DNA of 64,000 nucleotides from Candidatus Aminicenantes bacterium (GTDB lineage Bacteria > Acidobacteriota > Aminicenantia > Aminicenantales > Aminicenantaceae). The position numbers and the translations under genes were made by a program. A model generated the notes under the pieces. The model did no database searches and was not told the DNA's origin. It saw nothing but the letters and a program-made list of their open reading frames with translations. Shown piece after piece: positions 53,500-62,091 of the stretch (position 1 is the stretch's first letter; each line of letters opens with the position of its first letter). The stretch is from assembly GCA_011773465.1 (NCBI GenBank), contig WVXO01000022.1, positions 3,366 to 67,365 of the forward strand, given 5' to 3'.

Positions 53500-54372
53500 A
53501 TGAAAATTCTTAAAATATTCGAAAAAGGATTTCAAACGACCAATAAAAAACTAAGAATGGTGGTTTATCTGTGGCTCATAAATTTTATATTTTCAGTGTT
53601 GATCGTCACTCCTTTTTATTTTTTAATAAAAAAAGATTTGCCCCGCTCGCTCATGTCTGATCAGATCCTCAAGGGGACAGGATTACTATGGCTGAGTGAT
53701 ATCATCTATAAATATCAAGATTTGCTTCCTACCCTTGTCGGATGGTTTCTTATTCCGGCACTTTTATTTATGCTGCTGTATATTTTTCTGTATGGAGGCA
53801 TAATCGGAAGGATTGCTGCCCAGGATAAGAAAACAGACCTGACAAGCTTTCTCTCAGATTGCAGCAAGTATTTTCTGCCCTTTTTAAGGGTTTTTTTGAT
53901 CTCGCTCGTAGCCTATTTAGTGGTTTTTGGAGGTATTCACAGTCTTATTTGTGCTTTATTCAACCTTTGGGAAAAAAGCGCCTCAACAGAATGGCCTCTT
54001 ATTCTTGTCTCCATTCTTGAGTTTCTTATCCTTGCTCTCCTTTTTTCGATTGTCAGGATGTTCTTTGACTATGTCAGAGTAAGACTTGTGGTTGAGAAAA
54101 GCAAGAAGGCGATACGAGCAACGCTCCTCAATATGTCTTTTATCGGAAAAAGGTTTTTTAGGGCCTGGTTATTATATCTTCTCGTAGGATTGATTACCGC
54201 TGTTTTTGGTGTTATTTATCTTGCTGTATACCAGCCCTTGCCAAAGATAGGCGTTCTCCTGATTGTGGGCTTTATCTGGCAGCAGATATATGTGCTCTCG
54301 AGAATGTGGACGAAAATATTGTTTTACTCAACAGAATATCATTTCTTCAGTTTTCATAAAGAAAAAGTCTAG
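53500..54372 (+). CDS. Hypothetical polytopic membrane protein
   Basis: It has about six hydrophobic helices. The start is set at MKILKIFEKG, preceded by GGAAAGGAGAAGG. The ORF-track start at 53461 overlaps the peptidase gene. Confidence 0.5.
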   Translation: MKILKIFEKGFQTTNKKLRMVVYLWLINFIFSVLIVTPFYFLIKKDLPRSLMSDQILKGTGLLWLSDIIYKYQDLLPTLVGWFLIPALLFMLLYIFLYGGIIGRIAAQDKKTDLTSFLSDCSKYFLPFLRVFLISLVAYLVVFGGIHSLICALFNLWEKSASTEWPLILVSILEFLILALLFSIVRMFFDYVRVRLVVEKSKKAIRATLLNMSFIGKRFFRAWLLYLLVGLITAVFGVIYLAVYQPLPKIGVLLIVGFIWQQIYVLSRMWTKILFYSTEYHFFSFHKEKV

Positions 54373-54487
54373 AATAATATTTATCTGAATTTTTTTGCAT
54401 CCCAAAATGAACCTTTTTGGACTATGGTGCGTCTATAAAATTGAATGGTGTGTATTAATGATTAAGATGATATTTAAGGAGGAGTCT

Positions 54488-55348
54488 ATGAAATCAAAGA
54501 AAATATTTGCAATCATTCCTTTTTTCGCTCTTCTTGTTCTGTTCCTTTCTTCAACCACTTTTACTGCCAAAGCTTCCTCTGGTTCTGGTGACATTCTTTC
54601 TGCACTTTTCGGCAAGGAAGAAAGTGAAGAATTCTCCAAAGTATTGCCCCTAAAAGCTAGCGGAACTTTTAATCTAAGGAATGTTAACGGTTCTATCACC
54701 ATCACGACCTGGAAAGAAGACAAAGTGGATATTAAGGCCATAAAAACTACCAAAAGCGATCCTGATCGGCTGAAGGAAGTAGAAATTGAAGTTGAAGAAA
54801 CCGCAAACTCTGTATCTGTAGATACAATCTTTCCCAAATGGAAAAATATTCGGGTCAGCGTAAAATATGAAGTCAAAGTTCCCCAGGGAGTAAATCTCGG
54901 CAGAATAAAATCAACTAACGGAAGTGTTCACATTACTGGACCGGTCGGGAATACTCACGCCTCTACCACTAACGGAAGAATTGACTTGGACGGGGCAAAA
55001 GGCACTATATCTCTTTCCTCCACAAACGGCAAAATAGAAGCAGCGAATCTCAAAGGAGAACTTGATGCCGAAACCACAAACGGGGGAATTGTGCTGGAGC
55101 TGATTTCTTTTGAGGATGAAATAAAAGCAAGAACCACGAATGGCAGTATTACTCTAAGGATTGGTTCTTTAGAGAAAGTTAATGCTGATTTAAATGCTAG
55201 AACTACAAACGGAACTATATCATTGGATTTACCTGTTACTCTTAAAAGTATGAAAAAATCAAGGCGCAGTCTTGAAGCTCAGATTGGTCAAGGAGGACCT
55301 GAGATCTCACTAAGGACGACAAACGGTTCGATTAGAATTACAAAATAA
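54488..55348 (+). CDS. DUF4097-type beta-strand repeat protein (putative adhesin fold), secreted
   Basis: The start MKSKKIF is preceded by AAGGAGG and followed by a signal peptide. Repeated (S/T)TNG.I units occur (TTNGRIDL, STNGKIEA, TTNGGIVL, TTNGSITL, TTNGTISL, TTNGSIRI). Confidence 0.7.
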   Translation: MKSKKIFAIIPFFALLVLFLSSTTFTAKASSGSGDILSALFGKEESEEFSKVLPLKASGTFNLRNVNGSITITTWKEDKVDIKAIKTTKSDPDRLKEVEIEVEETANSVSVDTIFPKWKNIRVSVKYEVKVPQGVNLGRIKSTNGSVHITGPVGNTHASTTNGRIDLDGAKGTISLSSTNGKIEAANLKGELDAETTNGGIVLELISFEDEIKARTTNGSITLRIGSLEKVNADLNARTTNGTISLDLPVTLKSMKKSRRSLEAQIGQGGPEISLRTTNGSIRITK

Positions 55349-55510
55349 GGTTTTTGTTCTTCTCTCCTTAAGAATTAAAAGAAAACATAAACCTTCTTAC
55401 TCGCGTGAAACCATTTTTCAAGCTACTCTTCCCCTGTAATAAAAAATATCTTTCTGGGCAAGGGTGATTAGCTAATTAAATGGCTCTGGGACAATTACCT
55501 GATATATAGC

Positions 55511-55855
55511 TTAAAGTTTTGCTTTTATCTCATCCAAGCGTGTCTTAGCATCTGGTACCATCTCGAAAAATTTCTCGAGCTTTTCACAGACATAATCGCT
55601 GCAATAAGCACAATTAACGACATTTTTTTCCTTACCGCATTTTCTTATTTCACAAGTCTTGGTGTAACTGAAAAGATCCCCGCCATCTGATAAGCAGCCT
55701 TCACAATTAATATCTTCCGGCTTAAAATCTGTCTTAAATTCTTTTGACCAGAGTTGGGCGACTTCTGCTCGCTTTGCATCATCGTTATCTCGTGTTGCCA
55801 AAAATGCCCCACACTCATGACATGTAATACCGCAGAAAGCAATCATTTCATCCAT
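55511..55855 (-). CDS. DUF3795-like Cys-rich protein
   Basis: It has the N-terminal IAFCGITCHECGAF and further Cys pairs (CEGC, CEIRKCG, CAYCSDYVC). AAGGAG precedes the ATG. Confidence 0.65.
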   Translation of the reverse strand: MDEMIAFCGITCHECGAFLATRDNDDAKRAEVAQLWSKEFKTDFKPEDINCEGCLSDGGDLFSYTKTCEIRKCGKEKNVVNCAYCSDYVCEKLEKFFEMVPDAKTRLDEIKAKL

Positions 55856-56119
55856 TTATATCTCCTTGACTTTGATAGAATCCTTTATAATTAGAGCCAT
55901 ATATTAACAGCAGTTCTTTTTTGAAGCAAATTTTCTCTTGCGTTGTAAGTGCACGGATAAATGAGCAATTTGAATTTATCGCAAAAAAAGGAGCCTTGAA
56001 AGAAGGGGACTATCTTTGTTTTATGGGTCATCATTTTAAGTTTTTATATTTTACTTTTGCCATAAGAATTTAAGTTAGATATAATTACGAACTGCAAAAA
56101 ATTAATTTGGAGGTAAAGC

Positions 56120-57658
56120 ATGAAATTTAGAGGCTATTTTGTCGAAGACATACCTCGTCGAAAATTTCTCCAGATGAGCCTTAAAGGAGGAGTTGCGCTG
56201 GCAGCTACGCCTTCTCTTATGGCGCAGCTTTTGTCTTTTACAGGATCAGAAAAAGCTGGGGCTAAGTTGGCGCTCGATCCTCAAATTCTCAGCAATACAA
56301 TAAAGCGCGCTCTTGAAAAAGGCGGTGAATATGCAGAAGTATACGTGGAAAACAGAATTTCTCGCAATATATTAATGGAAGAATCTAAATTCAAGAGTGG
56401 AGTATTCGCTTTAAGTCAGGGTGCAGGCATAAGAGTCATATCCGGAGATAAGACTGGATATGCATACACTGACGATATCACCGAAGAGAAACTCATGAAT
56501 GCTGCTGAAGTTGCCTCTTTTGTTGCCAGGGGGGCTAAAGCAACAGGCCCTGTGGAATTAAAGAAAGCCAAAAGAAAATCTTTTATTACAGTCAAGCTTC
56601 CTCTTGATAGAATGGCAGATGAGAGGCGGCTCGAGGTTATGAAACGAGCCAACCAGGCCGCTTTAGATTATGATCCCAAAATAAAAATGGCTTCAATCAG
56701 CTATTATGATGAGATCAGAGGGAGAACCATTGCTAATAGTGAAGGACTCTTGGTGAACGATGAGCTGCCACTTCTGTTTTTTATCGTTCAAACCCTGGGT
56801 GTTGGAAAAAACACTCGCCACATGGGACGAGAGAGGCTTAGCCGCCATTCTGGTTTTGAAATGTTTGATGAAGTCAGTCCTGAAGAAGTAGCGCGCACGT
56901 GTGCCCGAGAATCAATTGCCATGCTTGAGGCCAAAGATGCTCCAGCAGGAATTATGGATGTTGTTATGCAAAACGGATGGGGCGGTGTTCTTGTCCATGA
57001 GGCTGTAGGGCATCCTCTGGAGGGAGATGGTATCGCCAGGAAGACTGGAGTATTTACGGGCAAAATGGGAAAGAAAGTGGCCAGTGAGGTTTTTACCATG
57101 GTGGATGATGGAACTTTGCCCAATTTCAGAGGAACTACAAATTTTGATGATGAAGGAACCCAGATGAAGCGTAATGTCTTGATAAAGGATGGAGTTCTTG
57201 TGAAATACATGACCGATATACTTTCAGCAAAGCAGTTAAAAATGGAGCGCACCGGAAACGGAAGGCGCGAAAGTTTCCGTTACATCCCGATTCCTCGTAT
57301 GACCAATACTTTCATCCAAGAAGGGAAGGATAAACCCGAAGATATTCTCGCCTCCACTAAGAAGGGTTTATATGTCCAGAGCCTTAGCGGAGGAAGCGTT
57401 AATCCCATAACAGGGATGTTCAATTTTACCTGCCGCGAAGCTTACTTGATTGAAGACGGAAAGAAGACGGTTCCTGTCAAGGGAGCAACTCTTATCGGAA
57501 GCTGCCAGGATGTCATCGCCAACGTAGATGCGGTCGGAGACGATCTTGCTTTTGGTCCAGGCATTTGTGGTAAGGGACAGGCAGCTGAAGTATCGGCCGG
57601 GCAGCCCACTGTGAGGATTCGTGGCATAAACGTGGGCGGAAGCAGAGCAAGAAGATGA
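56120..57658 (+). CDS. tldD: TldD-family metalloprotease with twin-arginine-like leader
   Basis: It has the HEAVGHPLEGD zinc motif and a TldD-type C-terminal region. The N-terminus is RRKFLQMSLKGGVALAATPSLMA. Confidence 0.88.
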   Translation: MKFRGYFVEDIPRRKFLQMSLKGGVALAATPSLMAQLLSFTGSEKAGAKLALDPQILSNTIKRALEKGGEYAEVYVENRISRNILMEESKFKSGVFALSQGAGIRVISGDKTGYAYTDDITEEKLMNAAEVASFVARGAKATGPVELKKAKRKSFITVKLPLDRMADERRLEVMKRANQAALDYDPKIKMASISYYDEIRGRTIANSEGLLVNDELPLLFFIVQTLGVGKNTRHMGRERLSRHSGFEMFDEVSPEEVARTCARESIAMLEAKDAPAGIMDVVMQNGWGGVLVHEAVGHPLEGDGIARKTGVFTGKMGKKVASEVFTMVDDGTLPNFRGTTNFDDEGTQMKRNVLIKDGVLVKYMTDILSAKQLKMERTGNGRRESFRYIPIPRMTNTFIQEGKDKPEDILASTKKGLYVQSLSGGSVNPITGMFNFTCREAYLIEDGKKTVPVKGATLIGSCQDVIANVDAVGDDLAFGPGICGKGQAAEVSAGQPTVRIRGINVGGSRARR

Positions 57659-57683
57659 ATAAATCGAAAAAAAGGAGATAATC

Positions 57684-59018
57684 ATGGACTATAAAGGATT
57701 GTCAGAACAACTTGTTAAGAAATGTCTAAAGCTGGGCGCCGATGAAGCCGAGGTCTATATTGAATCAGGGCGTAACCTGAGCATCAGAGTCCGTAAAGGG
57801 GAAGTAGAAACGGTCCAGGAGGCAGGTGCCCACGGCGTCGGTTTTAGGGTTTTTGTCCAAAAAAGGATGGCTTTTTCAAGCTGTAATGATTTTTCAGATA
57901 AGGCCCTGAAGGCTTCCATAGAAAGTGCAGTCAGGTTTGCTAAAAACACAACTCCTGACGAGAATAATGTGCTTCCTGATGATAAAGGGATAACAAAAGT
58001 AGGGAAGCTCTATGATCCTCAGATAAGTCAAACTCCTATGGAAAAGAAAATAGAGTTGGCGAAGAAAGTAGAGAAGCTAGCCATGAAAGATAGCCGTATC
58101 ACTAAGAGCAGCGGTGCCAGCTACTCAGAAGGAGAAGAAGAAATTTTCTTGGCTAACTCGAACGGTTTAAGTAAGAATTCGAAAATTTCGTCTTGTTCTT
58201 ACGGTGTTTATGTCGTGGCGGAGAAAGGCGAGCAGAAATCTTCAGGAGGGGAGTACTGTTCGAGGCGGTTTTTCGCTGATTTGAAACCACCCGAAGAAAT
58301 CGCAGAAAAAGCAGCAAAAGAAGCTTATGAAATGCTTGATCCTCAAATGGTCGAAACACAAAAAGCTGCGGTTATTTTTGATCCTGATGTGGCAAGGGCA
58401 GTTTTAGGCGGTATTTTAGCTGCCATAAACGGAGAGCGTGTTCTTCAAGGAAGAAGCTTTCTGGCAAAAAAGATGAACCAGAAAATTGGCTCAGAGTTGA
58501 TAACGATTATCGATGATGGTACGAGGCCAAAAGGATTGGGCAGCAAGCCCTTTGATGGAGAAGGGGTTCCGACTCAAAAAAGGATAATTGTCGACAGAGG
58601 TATCCTTAAGACTTTTATGTATAACACCGTCGTCGCTAAAAGAGCAGGTGTTAAAAGCACTGGAAATGCTTCAAGACGCGGTTTTACTAGTCTGCCGGGG
58701 ATTGGTGCTCATAATTTTTATATGGATGCGGGAAAGAGTTCCCGCGAAGAAATTATCAAGAAAACAGAAAAGGGGCTTTTGCTAAAGGGTGTTACCGGTT
58801 ATGGCATAGCGCCGGTCAGTGGAAATTTCAGCGGAGGAGCATCTGGTTTTTGGGTGGAAAACGGAAAGATAGCTTTTCCGGCAAGAGGTTTGACCATAGC
58901 CGGTTCCGCTTTTGAAATGCTTAATAATATCGATATGGTTGGAGATGACCTTGACCTAGCTCGAAGCTTCACAGCTCCCACATTCCGCATAAAGTTGATG
59001 CAAATCGGAGGCAAATAA
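57684..59018 (+). CDS. pmbA: PmbA/TldE-family partner protein
   Basis: It has a PmbA_TldD fold sequence (LGADEAEVYIE..., GNFSGGASGFWVENGKI) and no HExxH motif. It is adjacent to tldD. Confidence 0.85.
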   Translation: MDYKGLSEQLVKKCLKLGADEAEVYIESGRNLSIRVRKGEVETVQEAGAHGVGFRVFVQKRMAFSSCNDFSDKALKASIESAVRFAKNTTPDENNVLPDDKGITKVGKLYDPQISQTPMEKKIELAKKVEKLAMKDSRITKSSGASYSEGEEEIFLANSNGLSKNSKISSCSYGVYVVAEKGEQKSSGGEYCSRRFFADLKPPEEIAEKAAKEAYEMLDPQMVETQKAAVIFDPDVARAVLGGILAAINGERVLQGRSFLAKKMNQKIGSELITIIDDGTRPKGLGSKPFDGEGVPTQKRIIVDRGILKTFMYNTVVAKRAGVKSTGNASRRGFTSLPGIGAHNFYMDAGKSSREEIIKKTEKGLLLKGVTGYGIAPVSGNFSGGASGFWVENGKIAFPARGLTIAGSAFEMLNNIDMVGDDLDLARSFTAPTFRIKLMQIGGK

Positions 59019-59137
59019 CAAAGGGGAGAGGTTACTTTTTCTTTCTCAAACATTCCAGGAATAGAAAAGGGGGCAGGCATATTTTACGCTTTTCAAAAAA
59101 AAGTAACCTGGAGTAAAAAGTAGCCTGTCCCCTTTTT
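59019..59137. repeat. Family-A MITE-like element (119 bp)
   Basis: The left arm is CAAAGGGGAGAGGTTACTTTTTC (59019-59041) and the right arm is AAAAAGTAGCCTGTCCCCTTTTT (59115-59137). Internal partial copies lie at 59064-59087 and 59094-59113. It starts 1 nt after the pmbA stop. Confidence 0.6.
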
Positions 59138-59148
59138 ATGTCCCCTTT

Positions 59149-61818
59149 TTATATGTTCCAGCGATAAGAAATTTTTATTAAGAAAATATTATCTCCTGGA
59201 GCAGTGAATAGGTCTCCCAGATCACGTCTGAAATTAAAATCTCCGGGATGGGCATAATCAGCTCGATTCTGCGTCCAGACAAAATAGAGTATAGATCCAG
59301 GTAAATATTCCCACCTCAGAACAATGGTGCCTCGGAGGGATTTGAAGTTAAAATCTGGATTGGCAAAAGCAAAACTTGGCGCTGGTCCAGGCCCATCAGG
59401 ATCAATTGTATACTCTTCATCGGCGTCCGAGTATGAGATCGTGGATCCGTCTTCACCAAAGAGATTGTACTCATATTTTTTTGGTCTAGCGAGCTCTTTA
59501 AATTGGTCATACTCTCCCACGGCCAGAAGAGGCTGGAGGTAGAGCTGTAAGCTCAGCTTTGGATTGAAAGTCCAGTTCAATCTGATTTCACTGGAGAGCA
59601 TTCTCTGAAAAAATCCGGCAAAAATGTATCGAGTCCCAAACGTTTCAGTCATCAAGGAGTCATCCACTCTGGTTACCCATTGGACATCTGACCGCCGTAC
59701 ATTGTAGTTTGGATGAAAAGAAAAGCTGATATTACTTATTGGTTTCCAGCGCAGAGAAATACAACTGTGCCAACTATAACCTTCAGTGGGCCTTGAATAG
59801 TGATTTCCGTGCGCTGAAATGACTATTGGCTTCCGGCTGTCGGTATTGAGGCCGAAGTCAATCTCATAACCAGAGGGGATGAGGGCTAGAGGCCCTCCTC
59901 TTGTAAGGGTGTTACTGATGGTTTGGGGATTATAGGCAAGCATGGTGTTAAATCCCCAGTAGTTTAAGAATTGACCCTCGATAGCAAGCAGATATCCATC
60001 CCAGGTCTTATTGCCTCCGAAGTCATAGTTTCGGAAAGGACCGCCATAAATGTTCCAACTGCGGAAGATTTTTCCTGGGTGAGGCCAATAATAACCGAGA
60101 AGAAGATGAGCATTGATTTTGTCAGACATTCCGAATTGGAATCCGACATCATTCGGGTCAAAACCTGGAGACAGCGCGCCGACAGCCGCGTTAAAAAGAA
60201 ACTGACCTTTTTGTTTATTTACATAGAATCGCCCTACCCAGCCGCTGAGAGAAGTAGCGTCTTCGTTCACTTCAACATGGGTAGCATCCGGCCGCTGGTA
60301 ATAATGTAAAGAAGATTCTTGTAACTCCAGAATTGCTGATTGGCTTCCTTCGACCCGGGTGCCCCCAAACCAGCCGCCGAGAACCCAGGTTTTGTCTTTA
60401 TCCAGAAACGACCAGCCATCAATGGCCAGAGAGAAAGCATTTTTGTTTAGAATACCCTCAAGGTTTTCATTACTTAAATTTCGAACAACAGAAGTGGCAA
60501 TAAAGCCGAGTCCTTGTTTTCCCTCGTTAAACTCTTTCAGCGTCCGGAGTACTCCATAATAAGAAAAAGGTTCCACTTCTTCTTTAAAGCGTTCTCCTCC
60601 AGAATCAATCTCCGCATATTCCCTGGCTGTCAAGGCATTGATGAATCCTATGTTCCAGCCTTTTCCCACTCTACCGGTAAGTTTAAAAGCTCCTAATATT
60701 GTCGACCGGTCAGGAAAATTCACATAGCCGTCCTGTTCTACATAGCCTTGAGGAGCCCTGCCAATACGCCGGCTATAGAAAAGTGAGGGCGAACCCCAGT
60801 TTATATTGACACTGCTCGTCGCTCCTCCTCGGCCAAACTGATCGAAGATGTTTGAACCTTCGATAAAAAAAGGTCTTTTTTCCGAAAAGTACGTCTCAAA
60901 ATCACTCAGGTTGATCACAGCCGGATCAACCTCTACCTGCCCGAAATCAGGATTAACGCTTGTATCCAGGGTTAGATTGCTTTTCAATCCGATCTTCAGG
61001 TCGAATCCTGTGTTTCCCAAGTATTTTTTTCCTGTCTCAAAAGGATTGCCTGACTCTTCAGGGCTGTACTGAGCCTGGGCAACAGAGTAGGGAAGGAATT
61101 CAATGTGCCGGCCAGGACGAATACCATGGATTCCCAAAAGTTTGGCAAAACGGGAGACATAGCCGCTGTCCTCTTTAGGGACCCAGACAAAACAGATTTT
61201 CTCGTTTTTCCGCTTGATAACTCTACGGAAATTGACTCCCCATACATATTCATCCTTTTTCGGAAAACGCAGTTGATTATAGGGAATTCTGATTTCAACA
61301 GTCCATCCTTCCTCATCGATCAGAGCTTTCCATTCCCAGACGCCATCCCAGGTCGTATCATTCCATTCATCATTGTAAAGAGTCCAATCAACGATGGAGC
61401 CAGCAGGGTTGACAGCGAACTGATAACCTGAGCGCCGGTCATAATAGGGGTCCACTGCAAATATAAACCAGTCAGAGTCGACAAAATCATCCCGGCGTCC
61501 TAAGCGGCGTGTGATCAATTCTGGCTGCGAATCATAAAGACGGGCAGCAACATAAAGAGATTTTTCGTCATACGCAACCCAGACTTCAGTTTTTTCAGTG
61601 GGCTCGGCACCGTCAGTCGGGTCAGACTGGACAAAGTCATTGTACGCTTTCTCCTGCCAGGCATTTTCCTCTAAAACGCCATCAATTCTAATTGGTCCGT
61701 TGGCTCGGATAGCTTGAACGGTTTTTTGTTTTTGAGGACTGGGGGGCTTAGCCAATAAAAATAACGGTAATAATAAAATAACTATGATTGTAACTTTAAT
61801 TGCAGAATTTTTCCCCAT
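59149..61818 (-). CDS. Large secreted/outer-membrane protein, CBM9-like N-terminal domain plus DUF5916-like barrel
   Basis: It has a signal peptide. The N-terminal IDGVLEENAW....F.Q..P.DG.......TEVWVAYDEKSLYVAARLYD is typical of CBM9/DOMON-like modules fused to DUF5916 (from memory). The C-terminal half is beta-rich. Length is 889 aa. Confidence 0.6.
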   Translation of the reverse strand: MGKNSAIKVTIIVILLLPLFLLAKPPSPQKQKTVQAIRANGPIRIDGVLEENAWQEKAYNDFVQSDPTDGAEPTEKTEVWVAYDEKSLYVAARLYDSQPELITRRLGRRDDFVDSDWFIFAVDPYYDRRSGYQFAVNPAGSIVDWTLYNDEWNDTTWDGVWEWKALIDEEGWTVEIRIPYNQLRFPKKDEYVWGVNFRRVIKRKNEKICFVWVPKEDSGYVSRFAKLLGIHGIRPGRHIEFLPYSVAQAQYSPEESGNPFETGKKYLGNTGFDLKIGLKSNLTLDTSVNPDFGQVEVDPAVINLSDFETYFSEKRPFFIEGSNIFDQFGRGGATSSVNINWGSPSLFYSRRIGRAPQGYVEQDGYVNFPDRSTILGAFKLTGRVGKGWNIGFINALTAREYAEIDSGGERFKEEVEPFSYYGVLRTLKEFNEGKQGLGFIATSVVRNLSNENLEGILNKNAFSLAIDGWSFLDKDKTWVLGGWFGGTRVEGSQSAILELQESSLHYYQRPDATHVEVNEDATSLSGWVGRFYVNKQKGQFLFNAAVGALSPGFDPNDVGFQFGMSDKINAHLLLGYYWPHPGKIFRSWNIYGGPFRNYDFGGNKTWDGYLLAIEGQFLNYWGFNTMLAYNPQTISNTLTRGGPLALIPSGYEIDFGLNTDSRKPIVISAHGNHYSRPTEGYSWHSCISLRWKPISNISFSFHPNYNVRRSDVQWVTRVDDSLMTETFGTRYIFAGFFQRMLSSEIRLNWTFNPKLSLQLYLQPLLAVGEYDQFKELARPKKYEYNLFGEDGSTISYSDADEEYTIDPDGPGPAPSFAFANPDFNFKSLRGTIVLRWEYLPGSILYFVWTQNRADYAHPGDFNFRRDLGDLFTAPGDNIFLIKISYRWNI

Positions 61819-62091
61819 ATGATAGCTCCTTGTCGGAGATTATTAATTAAGAAAATATTATTATTCATCAGATTCATTTACTAGTACGTTAAAAACTACA
61901 AAAAAGATGCATATATATTTATTACGCAGCAAAATCCTTTTTGTTTAGGAAAATATCGAGGAATGCTAATAAAGGAAGGCCTCAATCATAAAATTATTTT
62001 CTTTTCCAGCCGCTTTATATAAAATAAAATGTTTTTCCTAAAAGGTATTTTTATTAACTCAAGAAAATTCCTTAGAGAAAAAGGAGGAACC

